Shown in pieces: positions 38,531-51,805 of a stretch of DNA of 64,000 nt. The translations under genes and the position numbers were made by a program. The notes under the pieces were generated by a model. That model saw nothing but the letters and a program-made list of their open reading frames with translations, was not told the origin of the DNA and ran no database searches. This DNA is from Chiloscyllium plagiosum (lineage: Eukaryota): NCBI RefSeq assembly GCF_004010195.1, contig NC_057719.1, forward strand, positions 74,712,043 through 74,776,042, read 5' to 3'. The first letter of the stretch is position 1. Each line of letters opens with the position of its first letter.

Positions 38531-39524
38531 GAGAAACACAGGGTTGAGAGCCTCTGTACGAACTTTCTCAGAAGGTGCAGGATGAACTTGGAGAATTCCT
38601 TGTGAAAGACCAGGAACTTTTCATGTGACCGGATTCCTGGCTGAATCTATTTCCGTTTCAGGAAGTAGTTTCAAAGTAACGATTGATTTGAGCCTCTTTA
38701 TCGAGGGCCGTTTATTTTGTTTGCATGAAATTAATGTTGGACCGTTAGTGTCTCTTCAGGCATAATGAGTTTCAGTAGCGCCCCATAGTTCTCACTAGTT
38801 CGGGAGAAATTTCATCTGCTCGTCATCTTGTAGCTGTGGACTGAGATCTGCAAAATTTAGTGGTGTGAAATTCCAAGAGGATGATACCTGGTAATTGTTG
38901 TTTGGAATCTTTCCAGGTATTTTAAGAAATTCCCTTTATTCTGTTGGTGGCAACCATGTTGTTGTCTGGCAATTTCAGATTTGAAAATGAACATATAGCT
39001 ATTAATATTGATGGTTAAGAACTGTTCCTTCTCAATTAAGTTTGAGTTTTGTTTTAAGTTGTTCACAGGGTGTGGGTGTCTCTGACAGGGCTGGGGTTTT
39101 TTGCCCATTCTTAATTGCTCTGGCAGTGAGCTTACTTGTCAGACTGCTGGTGTAGGGATAGCAACAATGCTGTTGGAGAGGTAGTGCTAGGTTTTCCCTT
39201 TTGACTCACTAACTGTGTGATGTGGAGGGACACCTGTTGCTCATGGTCTTCAAGATGGTCAAGGCCGCAGTTTCAGAAGCTGCTGTCAAAAGAGCCCGAA
39301 TAGGTTATAGGAGATATTGAACTCTATATGATTATTGGTGAACTATCCCATTTCTGACCTTTCCTCCATGATTTTCCCTCCGTGATGTTCACCTGATTTT
39401 AATGTTGAGGTTCCTCCGGGGAAGTGGTAAGTGCATCATAGGACTACCTTTGCTTGACTCTTGCTTTGGGCCGGCACTGGTCATGGACACGCACAAAGAA
39501 ACATGAAACCAGATGTCCAGCTGA

Positions 39525-40775
39525 GTGGGAGGTGAGCTGGAAGGAGAATGCAGAGATGCTTCAGAGTCATTTGGACACGCTGAGTGAGTGAGCCAGTGCA
39601 TGGCAGGTGGAGTATAATGTGGAGGTTATTCACTTTGTTAGCAAAAACAGGAAGGCATATTGTCACCTGAATGGAGATAAATTGGGAAACAGGGAGGTGT
39701 GGTGAATTCTGGGTGTCTTTGTGCACCAATCACTGAGAGTAAGTGTGCAGGTACAGCTGGCAGTGAAGAAGGCAAATAATATGTTGGCCTTCATAGTGAG
39801 AGGATTCGTGTACAGGAACAGGGATGTCTTGCAGCAGTGAGACAACACCTGGAGCAGATTTGGTCTCCATATGAGGACGGATATTCTGGCTGTGTAGTGA
39901 GTGCAACAAAGGTTAATCAGATTTATGTCAGTCCTGTCGTTTGGGAATTAATTAAGAGATATTGGATCGGCTAGAACTGTATTCACTGGAGTTTAGGAGG
40001 ATGAGGGGAATCTGGTAGAAATCGAAAATTCTAACTGGACCAGACAGGGTCAACACAGGAAGGATGTTCCCGGTGACTGGGGAATCCGGAATCAGGGTTT
40101 CAGGATATGGGGAGGCTAACTGGGACTGGGATGAAAGAAATTTATTCATCCATAGAGTCATAGAGATGTATAGCACAGGAACAGACCCTTCGATCCAACC
40201 CGTCCATGCCAACCAGATATCCCAACCCAATCTAGTCCCACCTGCCAGCACCTGGCCCATATCCCTTTAAACCGCTCCTGTTCATAAACCCACCCAAATG
40301 CCTTTTAAATGTTGCAATTGTACTAGCCTCCACCACTTCCTCTGGCAGCTCATTCCATATACGTGAAAAAGTTGCTCCTTAGGTCTCTTTTATATCTTCC
40401 CCTCTCACCCTAAACCTATGCCCTCTAGTTTTGGATTCCCCCATCCCAGGGAAAAGACTTTTGTCTATTTACCCTATCCAAGCCCCTCATGATATTATAA
40501 ACCTCTATAAAGTCAACCCTCAGCCTCCTCCGGTCCAGGGAAAACAGCCCTAGCCTATTCAACCTCTCCCTACAGAACTGAGTGGTGAATTTTCTCCCAT
40601 CGAAAACAGTCGAGGCCAAAATATTCAACATTTTCAAGGAGTTAGATATAGTTCTGGGGGATCAAAGGGTATGGGGAGTAAGCAGGAATAGGGTAACCCA
40701 TGATCAGACTGAATGGTAAAGCAGGCTCAAAGGGACAAATGGCCTACTCCTGCTCCTATGTTTATGTTGCTATGA
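39525..40775 (+). mobile_element. CR1 LINE 3' region with a younger antisense CR1 (40151-40572, -) nested inside
   Basis: The outer element breaks at aatttattcatc and resumes at gagtggtgaattt; the inner copy has the catagagtcatagag tail and encodes RERLNRLGLFSLDRRRLRVD. Confidence 0.85.
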
Positions 40776-43700
40776 AGAACAAAATTGACAGGTAGCGCAC
40801 TGAGTACAAATATTGATGATGTGAGCACAAACTGCAGTTTTTACAAGGAAACTTACTTTTGTTCCTGGCAGCTCTGTAGTAGGAGGCTAATGATCTGAGT
40901 CTGGTCTTTCTCCAGCAACAGGAGACTGAACAAGTAACTGTGTCTCTACAGAGTTACTGATTGATGGCATTTTCCACAGCCAAGTAGACATTAGCAGTTT
41001 GGGTTTTGTGATGGAAATAATTGAGGCCATCAGATCTCGCAAGCATTTAAGAGCATCTCATGGCAACTGCATATGTTGAGTGCAAGGTAGGAATCACTGA
41101 GCCACTTTTGTTTCTTATTTTTGTTTTCCCCATGCTTGTGTAGGAGCTCTGTAACAACAGCATCTCACTCAGCAACACTGCATTGAAGTCCATGAAGAGG
41201 GTGAATTTGCCCACTGGAGACACAAAAACATTGTCAGAAAACATTAAGGTGTATCCAACTAAGTGCAAATGGTTTTTTTAATTGAGATAAGTCTGAATTA
41301 CTGCCAAACATAAACTTCTGACATTGAAAATATATTTTCGCAAGTGTGATGTAGCATTCCTTCAGATTTTAATTATTCTTAAAAAGTTTTCAAAATTTAA
41401 TCTTTACATTTAAACACTTCTTTTTCTTTATCTCTCAGTTTCACTCTTCTTTTCCTCTGTTCAGTGTTTTTGCACCTGATTTTGCATATCATTAGTCCCG
41501 CGTGCTTCATCAAATTCCACATACCAGTTAGAGACGTGCTCTGTTCACATAAGTTCCTTATCCCCAGTAGAGGGCACTTTAATCTTTTGGCTCTTGGCAA
41601 TCACAAATGCTATACAAAAGCCCAGTGTTTGGTTGTAAAAAGAATGGCAAGTTGGTTATTTGCCATGAACTGCAAAATCCAGGCCGTTGCTGTTCATTGG
41701 TGTAATCATAATTTTCTTGTAAGTTTTTATACTCATGTGTTTGTGGATATAGGTCAGTGTCTATGTGTGTTTTGTTTTCTTAGAGGTATCTGATGAATGG
41801 GATTTATAAAATCAATTGACTCAGGTTTTCACTGAAACAAAGTTTGGTTCCTGCTAATGTGTACAGCCATTGATGCCTTTATTGAGTAGACCATTATCTA
41901 TGACTGCGCGTCTAGTCAAAGTGCTTTGTTTATTATTATCAACTTACAAAGGAAACAAACCCAATTCTTGATTAAAATTCATTGTGTATCAGCGTGTGTA
42001 TGTATATTTAATTGATAACCATATATCGAGAAAGAAGAAAGCTAATGATTTATCATTCAACCTTTTATGAGGATGTCAAGTGACTAATCTGTTACCATCA
42101 GACAAACTAAATGGAAATTGTTGTTCCAAGTGTGATTGAAGAGTGAATGCATTTTTAAAAATGAAATGGAAAATTCTCTTTGATTACTATTGTGTCACAA
42201 TCATGAATTCTTCTAAGTGGTATTCACAAAAGGGCATGGATCACATGAACAAGTTAATGTCAGCATTGCCAATGGCACACAAACACATGCATGCATCTAC
42301 ATGCTACCTTCAAGAAAAATGGACAGTTTGAGTGTGTCCTTTCCTGTTTACGTCACTCAGTGTTAAAGTTGATTACACCGTTGTCATGGCTGCTTCCTGG
42401 GCATACAGTTGACAGGTTCCAATTGATAGCATCTGCACAGCTGTCATTTGGAACACTGCTTGTACTTTTTAAAAACGTAAATGGAAACACTGCCAAGTTA
42501 CCAAATTAATGACGCCTCCGTAAGCCCAAAAATGGAAGCTGTTTAAACTCTTGAATCAATCTCCATGTTCGTCACCTGAAGTGATTAATAGTCTGAGCCA
42601 GGGTTACTCACTAATATGTTACTTTCAGCCTTTTTAGTGCATGGAATTTACTCTTTATTCTTTCCACGTTTAGCCGTTTTCCAAATCCATTTTTTTCCTT
42701 ATTATTAGAAGTAGTTTTGAAAGTGGCTGGCTAGGATTGTTCCTTTGAGTATTTATTTTTGAGAGGTTTCTTCTGTCTTCTTGCATAGCTAAGGAGGTTT
42801 ATTTATATAATAAATTGTATATTCCTGTGTTTTGAAGTTGCATATCAGGATTGTGTTAGGTCAGATTACATAGTGCACTGCTGTTTTACATTTATTTCTT
42901 CCTGCCTACCAGTTGCAGGTGGATGATTCAAATTCCTTCCATCTCCCCAAACCTCCTATCCTTGACAGATATTTTCCCTGGCCCCATACTCCCTACACTC
43001 CAAAATACAGAGCAGATTTTCTGTGGTTCAGTAGAGTTATTGATGTCCTGCTATTGCCAAACCAAAGGGTGTGGCATTTAGAACATTTGAAAACATCTGC
43101 AGAAAGGAATGATGATGCTTTTGAATTTAAAGGTCCAAAACCTGCTTTCAAATCAATAGGTTACATTCTTTGACCTTCAGTAGAACAACTACTCAGACGT
43201 ATTATGACACTAATTATTCTTTTCCTCACATTCCTTCCAATTTTACTTTACGACAACTTTCAAAGTTAATGGAAAATTTTCTAAGTATGCACCATTTGTG
43301 CCACTTGGATGTTCAATATATATTTTATATATATTTTTAGTGGAACTAATTCTATTTTTATGGATTGTATATAGATGCTTAGAGGTCATTAATTGTGTAG
43401 CAATTCAGAATCTATAGGGTTCTGAACAGTTGTTGTTTGCAATGAGAATTTAGCTTCTGGAGTGTACCCTCTTTCAGTTCAGGAGAGATGTAAATTTGTG
43501 GAGGGAAGATGCAGCAGCACTGTAATATTTAACTAGTGATTTCCTGTTTCCTTCCAATTTAGGTGAGGTAAGAGAGATTTCTGAGCGTATCTGTGCACTG
43601 TGAGGGCATATGAGAAGCAGTCAGGAAAAATAGTCTAGGGCATCAATGGCAAGGTCAAATAAACAGTGAGCAATGGCAATACACACTCAAAATTGTATTA

Positions 43701-44669
43701 ATAGTGCTCTTACTAGATGGAAATGTGTCAACATTGGCTGAAAGGTTTAGATTTGACATTCCCTCTCCCGACTGGCACTGAAGTTATTGTGCTTGAGTTT
43801 GTCCCTCAATGTCCAAACAGCACACTTGTATTCACATCTAGATGTTGTGATACACTTGCAATTCCTCAGCCCCCTGCATTTCAAGAAAATTAACTACAAA
43901 TAAGCATTTTATTCCTGATTCTGTTATCTTCCGATTTGGAAGCAGTTGAAGCATGTCCTTTCGTTGCTCAATTTTTTAAAAATAATTAATTTTGTGTGCA
44001 ATTTGGGGATTATATTTGCATTTTTGTTAGGACATTTAGAAAGGAACCATTTATATTTTGCAACGGAAATCTGCTGATCTGCATTTAAAATGAAGTTTAC
44101 TTTGAGTTGAGTGATTCATTGTAAATGGAAAATGTATAAAAGTCCAAATTGAAAAGAAAATCATTCAAAGCTCTTGTGATAATTCAGTGTTGGAATAGTG
44201 CTATCATAAAAATATATTTAAATAGCTGCATGGATTTAAGAGCATTCAGTGAATAATAGCATATAGTTGACTGGGACTGACAGACAGTGATGCATTTGAC
44301 AGACCATCTATGGATGATGGAGACAGGACTGGACTTGATTTGTCAATATACAGAGCCTTTTATACTGAGCATGATGAATGAAGGAAAAGGCAGAGAAGTA
44401 CATTTCGTTTGTGTTCAATGTTTGTCATGTAGCGGTGACCTGCAGCAAAGCTTCATTGGGAAACCATCTTCACCAGTTAACATAATAGTATATCATACAA
44501 ATGACTCACTAACTGTCAGGTCATCGGATTTGACTCTGCTGCTATTGGAAGAGTCTGTTTTTCTGTTTCCTGGTTTAATAAAGGATTTGTTTATCTAGTT
44601 GTCATCATTAGAACAAACTGAACTGATTGTGGCTAGGATTGTATATTGATTACCAACAATGTCTTGACA

Positions 44670-44890
44670 TAAAACCAAAGAACTGATTGCTGGAGATCTG
44701 AAATGGCTGGAGAAACTCCAGCAGGTTTAGCAGCATCTGTGGGGTGAAAGCAGAGGTAACATTTCGAGGGAAATAGTTTCATCAGAACTGTTCTGATGAA
44801 GAGTCATCTGACTCAAAAAACATTAACTATGCTTTCTTCACACAGATGCTGCTAGACCTGCTTGAGTTTCTCCAGCCATTTCAGTTTTTG
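44670..44890. mobile_element. Fold-back Penelope terminal repeat centred on 44789, with two decayed hammerhead cores
   Basis: ttcatcagaac-t-gttctgatgaa at the centre; arms ctgaaatggctggagaaactc and gagtttctccagccatttcag. Confidence 0.75.
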
Positions 44891-46289
44891 TATAATATTA
44901 TGGCAAGTTTTGGTTAGCACTCAGTAAGTTGGTTTGCACAGCCAGTTTGCTGCGTGACACATTGGTTTGTTGAAGAATTTTTAAAGATTTTCAAAGTCTT
45001 TGCAAGCAGTTAAAAAGTCTACAAGAATTTTTGAACACTTAAAACTTTCAAGTACTTTAATAAGTTCAGAATGAGTAAAAGGCGATATAATGCACCAAGC
45101 TGAATGTTGGCTGAATGCTTGACTTCAAGAGGTGTGACTTCCAGTGGAGTCAGATGAGAGTATAACTGAGCTCAGTGGTAGGCCTTGGAGTGGGGAGTTT
45201 GTGCTGGAGCTATACTGCAGCTAGTGAACAAGTTCACGCTGCAGTCTTATGGACAAGGCCAGAATGGACTCCTTCGAAGCAGCTTTGCTGCTGAGAGGAA
45301 AATCTAGGCCAGGATGTGTTATTGAAAATGAGGATGCATTCAAAAAACATGCAGCATTGAAATGGTACACTATGCTTGTAGATAGGTTGTTTTTTGTAGG
45401 TTCAAGCTGATCTTTCTTTTCTTAAAAAAAAAACCCACATGTTTGGGAATGATGTCACAAAACACATGGGATGGAGCCAAGAAAGATAAGAAACTTTCAC
45501 ATTTAAAGGTCTCTTGGATGCTGTGATGCTGGGGGCAAAGGACTGCAGTGTTTTTGTTTGGAACAGATGAGCAGATGACCTCAGTCTGTGCATCCATCTT
45601 GAGTCTGTTTGTTCAAGATGGTAGTCTGTGGTTGCAGACAGGTGTGGGTGAGAGTAGACCGATTCGGTTGTAAGCCGTTTACATCAGCAGCTTTGCCTCA
45701 AAAAGCAGCCAAATGCCAACAGGATGATTCCCGTTTATTTACAATCTGCAGGATTTAGATAGCAATCAGTCGGTTTGCTATTCATTTCGTGCTGAAGAAA
45801 TCCTGTGACTGTCAGGACTGGGCATTTGCAGTAGTTTTTTGATGAGTAAGATGTCTTTGTGCTTCCTATCCCCACCCTTTCCCTTTCCTGAAGGTGCTGG
45901 CTCACTTTGGAAGCTAGTTCCATGGAGACCAGTAACACACTACAATCTTTCTCCTCCTCTTATCCAAGTTTTTGTTTTAATCAGTGAATGTCAATAGGCT
46001 GTTTAAGGGCATAGCCAGAGCGCTGAGCCCAGGCCAGCCTTTACCTTCTCTTCACAAGGACACTGAGGCGTAATGGAGCCTAGTCAAGACGAGGAATCTT
46101 GACTACTTCCTTCACTGTAACATAGGGGTATTGGGGCTAATTATTCCAACCCTGCTGCAATCAGCAAGCTTAAGTAAGATCAGGAACAGTTTTTACATGT
46201 GCATACTGGCTGCAGTATTGGAATATTGAGAGTGAAAATCCAGTTTGATATCAGAGCTTGTCACTGAATGTAATTGCTTTTAATTGAAT

Positions 46290-47190
46290 ATGGACAACAC
46301 TAGCATATTCAGCATTTATTGCTTATCATAATTGTCCTTGAGAAGGTGTTGATGAGCTGTCTTCTTTTTTTTAAGATTAGATTACTGAGTGTGGAAACAG
46401 GCCCTTCGGCCCAACAAGTCCACACAGACTTGCCGAAGTGGAACCCACCCAGACCCATTCCCCTACATTTACCCCTGCACCTAACACTATCGGCAATTTA
46501 ACATGGCCAATTCACCTAACCTGCACATTTCTGGACGGTGGGAGGAAACCGGAGCACCTGGAGGAAACCCACGCAGACACAGGGAGAATGTGCAAACTAC
46601 ACAGAGTCGCCTGAGGTGGGAATTGAACCCGGGTCTCTGGCGCTGTGAGGCAGCAGTGCTAACCACTGTGCCACCCATAAACTTGAACTGTTGCAGTCTA
46701 TGTGGTGGTATTAAAAAGTTCAAGGATTTTGATGAAGCAAAGGAAAAATATGTATTTCCAAGTCATGATGGTGGTGGGGACTTGCAGGTGGTACTGTTCA
46801 AATATACGTGCTGCGAGTGTCCTTCTGTGTTGTAGAGTTTGCATGTTTGGAAGGCATAGTTAAAGGGACCTTAAACTCCTACAGTGCATCTTGTAGCTGT
46901 TACACAGCACTGCCACTGTGCACCGGTCGTGGAATGAGTGAATGTTTAAAGTGCTGGATAAAATGCCAATCCAATAGGCTGCTTTGTGCTGAATGATATT
47001 GAGCTTAGGTTTTGAAGCTTCACTCACCCAGGCAAGTAGAGAGTATTCCATCACGGTCCTGACTTGAATTGTGAACAGTTTTGGGCAATCCCGAGGTAAC
47101 TTTATGCCACAGAATTCCCAGTCTCTAACCTGCTCTTACATACACCCCACTTAAATGACCAACCTATTTCAGCCTTTGATCTGTGGGGAC
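46290..47190 (-). mobile_element. LINE 3' region (CR1/L2 superfamily) with nested V-SINE (46374-46676, -)
   Basis: cagcatttattgc...ccttgagaaggtgttgatgagctgtctt resumes as cttgaactgttgcagtc after the SINE. Related pieces occur at ~6340-6450 and ~39065-39330. Confidence 0.7.
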
Positions 47191-47884
47191 CCCTGGGGAA
47201 AAAAATAAGACCATAAGGCAAGACAGAAGCAGAAATTAGGCCATTCAGCCCGACGAATTCGCTCTGCTATTCATTCATGGCTGATAAGTTTCTCATTCCC
47301 GTTCTCCCGCCTTCTCCTCATTTTAAAAAAAACCTCAAAAGTTGCCGTTCTGTTTATCCTGATTTATCACTATAAAGTTGAATCTCTCTCTCTTTATATA
47401 GTTTCTTCATTGACTGAGGCTTGCTCATCATGACTGATGCTATAATGTGAGAAGGAGGGTGAGGACATGCACCTACCTCAATTGATGCAGGAAATAAATT
47501 TGTAATGTTGATGTTATTCTACATGCTAGCCACCTACCCAATGGAGCTAACTGGCCCTATTGGGAGTTCAATCATTGGATTTATTGGAAAAACCTGTTGT
47601 TGAGCTTTATAACTATTTTTTCCCCTCTGCCATTCAATACAGTGACACATTTTTTTTTCACCTAAACAAACTGCCAATCATTAAAACTTTTCAATAAAGA
47701 ATATCTAACCTATCATACCTGGCTCCTTGAAAGGTCTATTCAAATAATTTGCTCCAATGACTGTCACCCAACCCCTGCCCCCAATACTTCCACATAGTTC
47801 TGAAGATTTCTCCTTTTCAAGTATATACTCACTTCTGTAATAGATTAATATCTTTCTTTACCTTTTAATAACTCAGAGGTGAGC

Positions 47885-47964
47885 CAACGTTCCCTCTAAG
47901 CTATGCAGCCTTGCAGCTACTGGCAAGGTCCACACAGCAGCAGGGAGGATTAGAGGGAATATTG
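47885..47964. mobile_element. 80 bp MITE-like element with 15 bp terminal inverted repeats
   Basis: CAACGTTCCCTCTAA ... TTAGAGGGAATATTG (13/15 complementary); no TSD recognisable. Confidence 0.5.
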
Positions 47965-48044
47965 TTCTCCACTGTACATTGTAAAGTGCAACAAAATAAA
48001 ACTCTCTCTTTTTATTCCCTCACTGTTAAATCATTCTTTTCAGT

Positions 48045-49405
48045 GCGGTTTATACAAGTTGAATGAGTGGGCAAATGCACGGCAAGTGACTTATAATGTG
48101 AGGTTATCCGCTCTGATAGCAGCAGGTGGTGCAGAACGAAAATATGTTGGCCTTAATAGTGGGAGCATTCCAGTACAGGAGTAGGGATGTCTTACTGCAA
48201 TTGTACAGGGCCTTGGTGAGACCACACCTGGAGAGTGCTGAGGTCACAAGCTTGGAGAAGATTTATAGCTCGTTGAGGTTCTTGATGTAAGTTTGCTTGC
48301 TGAGCTGGAAGGTTTATTTTCAGACCTTTCATCACCATGCTCGGGAACATCATCAGTGAGCCTCCAGTGAAGCGCTGGTGTTATGTCCCACTTTCTGTTT
48401 GTGTTGTGTGTCTTTTTAGTCATCTTATTTGAGGAAGAATGTTCTGGCTATGAAGGGAGTGCAATGCAGGTTTACCAGACTGATTGATTCATGGGACTGC
48501 AGGCATGTCGTATTGAGAGAGATTGGATCAATTCAGACTATATTAATTGCAGATTAGAGAAATGAGGGGGAAATCTCCTAGCAATCCAAGACTAGACAGG
48601 ATAAATGCAGGATGTATGTTCGTAATGACTGACTGGGGGATCCCGAACCAGGACCTCTCAGCCCCAGCATAGGGGTCGACTATTGAGGACTGAACCATGG
48701 AGAAGTTTCTTCAAATTGCTGGAAAAGCTCAGCATGTCTGACTGCATCCATGGAAAGAAAGTGGCGTTAATTCAGTGGAGAATGGACTGAAACATTAACT
48801 CCACTTTCCTTCCATGGATGCTGTCAGACCTGCTGAGCTTTTCCAGCAACTTCTGATTTGTTTCTGAGCTCCAGTATCTGCAGTTCTTTGGTCTTCTGCA
48901 TCCTGCTTTATCCCCATACCCTTTAGCCCCAAGAACTAGAACTAACTTATTCTCTAAACTAGTCAACATTTTGACTTCACCTGCTTTGTGTGAATTCCAC
49001 AGGCTCAGCGCTCGCTGAGTGAAGAAATTTCTCCATGGTTCAGTCCTCAATAGTCAACCCCTGTGCTGGGGCTGTGAGGCCCTGGTTTGAGTTTCCCCAG
49101 TCAGTCATTGCAAACCTACATCCTGCGTTTATCCCGTCTAGTCCTGGATTTCTAGGAGATTCCCCCTCATTTTTCTAATCTGCAGTTAATATAGTCCGAA
49201 TTGATCTAATCTCTCTTAATACTACATTTCTGAATGTAGACTGGACCTGAAACATTAACTCCACTTTCTTTCCATGGATGCTGTCAGACCTGCTGAGCTT
49301 TTCCAGCAATTTGATTTGGTTACTGCCTACAGAGTTGGACAATCACCCGTGATCATGTTGCATGTCAGAACAGTCAAATGGCCTACTCCCGCTCCTATTC
49401 TCTGT
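48045..49405 (+). mobile_element. CR1 LINE 3' region with a Penelope insert (48250-48405) and an internal inverted duplication
   Basis: CR1 motifs ggccttggtgagaccacacctggag ... aaatggcctactcccgctccta; 48507-48712 recurs reverse-complemented at 49021-49226. Confidence 0.82.
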
Positions 49406-49658
49406 TTCAATGTTTTAACTGTTTGAATTATTTCTAGTACAGCTTTTGATTTGTAGCCCTGTTTTTCAATGCAAGGAAATGTGCAAATGTGGGGTTAGCT
49501 TGAATGCACACCAGTTTTGAACTTCAAATTTTGACATCGGGACGCTTTTTGCTTGAGTTGAAGAATTGCATACTTGTTTACTTTTGTTGGGAAATGGGAG
49601 CAATGCCTGACACAAGGTTTTGGATAAAAATGTTTAGGGGAATAAAAAAGCTGTTTGA

Positions 49659-49781
<123 letters not shown>

Positions 49782-49791
49782 TAGGTTCTGC

Positions 49792-50002
49792 TGCGTGTAT
49801 GGAATGAGTTGTCAGAGGAAGTGGTTGAGGCTGGTACAATAACAACATTTAAAAGGCATCTGGATGGGTATCTGAATAGGAAGGGTTTAGAGGGATACAG
49901 GCCAAGTGCTGGCAAATGGGACTAGATTAGGTTAGGATATCTGGTCAGCATGGACGAGTTGGACCAAAGGGTCTGTTTCCAAATATGCATCTCTATGACT
50001 CA
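49792..50002 (+). mobile_element. CR1 3' end immediately downstream of the exon 4 donor
   Basis: gtgtatggaatgagttgtcagaggaagtgg...catctctatgactc. Confidence 0.9.
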
Positions 50003-51144
50003 TCGAATTATCTTGAAATCCTTTAGTATCCCATGGCAAATAAAAACTTAGCTTTCTTCTATGGTTGTAATGTTGGACCTTAAACATTGAAGCCTGTTCA
50101 TCTTTTATTTTAAAGGCGGGGGACTGGGGATAAGCAGATATTTTTACAGGCTGTTGGCTAGAAAACTCCTAACCCACTGTTGATATAGTTAACAGATGTG
50201 AAACATAATCAGCTCTATTCATGGTTACCAACTAATTGCAGTTGACTTATTTTTGTACAATGTTGCTGTCATGAATTAAGTAAGTTGTATTTACGATTGT
50301 TTTCTGTCATTTCAGCTGAAAATACACGCAACTCAATAGAGGAGCTTTATCCTAATAAAATTATTATTTCTCCTCTTTCCCCTGTCCCTCCCCATTGGGA
50401 GAATAAATAAACATTTCCCTTATTATCCCCACAATCATTGGGATAAAATGGATGGTGAGGAAAGTTAAAATAAATGATGGAGTGCTCCTAATTGAGTACC
50501 AATTGGTACCCATTGCTAAAATCATTTCCTTTTAAGCCTAACCTTAACCCTTGAAGTCAACTTTCTTGTGCATTTTAAAAGCAGCCACAGAAAATCAACT
50601 CTAATGTAATCATTATTATGAGGTTCTGATGAGCAAGATTGCTTTGAATATTCATATTCTGAGATTCAAATTGCCGTGCCAAGAACCTTGCCCTGTCACA
50701 TAATTACTTTAACATGCAGATTATGTTTTTTAATGCCAATAAATGAACCTATCTCTCCCAATTATTGTATCCAATTATAGCTACATGTTGGAGCTTGGCA
50801 AGTCATCTCTTTCTCAAGTAGGCCTCACACTTGGACCAGTTGCTACTCCTTTAAAATAAGTAATGATGACCATTCAAGAACTGTTGATTGTTCTGCTGAG
50901 TGGTGATTGGCACCTTTCCTACTACTGAATGCCACTCTAGTTCTCTATCTTCAATGTGGAATAGTTATGCCATCTAAACAAATCTGGTCCATTTATGAGT
51001 CCTGAAAGGACAGGTCTTGATTTGACTGTTTGAATGTCCTTTTAGCAATGTAAAGGAGAAAAGGCATAATATTCCCTGCATCCTGTAGTGCCCCTACATC
51101 TTCCTGCACGACTAGGAGTATAGTTTTCCATCTGAATTGGAACG

Positions 51145-51805
51145 TGTTGTGAGAGCACTTAGGCTTTAAGGGTGTACTTTGTCCTGGTTTCTTTTAGGAG
51201 CGAGATTGAATTAGAGGGACCGAGCAGTCGATGGTAACATAAATAGCTGGTGAAGCCTTAGGTGTTTTTTAAAATATAAGTTGGAACAATAAGAGCAGCC
51301 TGGCTGGGTGAGGCCAGCTCTCTCATATCTGGGTTTCTACTGATTTAAACAGTTGGAGTCTCAACAGGTTTGGAAGCTGCCGTAAATGTCTCCTGGCTGC
51401 CCCTCTGATTTTTGCTTGATTTTTTTTCTGTCTTTCTGGTGGGATGCGTGTGAGACCATTGGTTTCTCACATTGTGTTTTTTGCCAAGTAGTGTGTTTAT
51501 GGACTGTTACTGATTTGGAACAGTTAATTAGTAACCGTTACTGCACTTTTTTTTTCTGTTATGTTTTCCAATAGAGTTAAGTTATTCTGTGTTCTTCTTT
51601 ATTTTGTGGTAATTTAACTAGAGTATTTGAATAACATTTGAATATGTTTTGCTTAACATTGAGTAGTTTGACCAGTGGAATTACATCTGTAACACCATAC
51701 TTTACATTTGCCTTTAAAATAAGAAAATGTTAGGGGTAGGCTACCTTCTTAAGATATTTGGTGGGGGGAAGTGGAGGGAAAGAGTGTCTGGTTTGGTCCA
51801 TAACA
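51145..51805. mobile_element. Possible second solo LTR
   Basis: Starts TGTTGTG and ends CATAACA; LTR-like length; no clean TSD. Confidence 0.3.
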
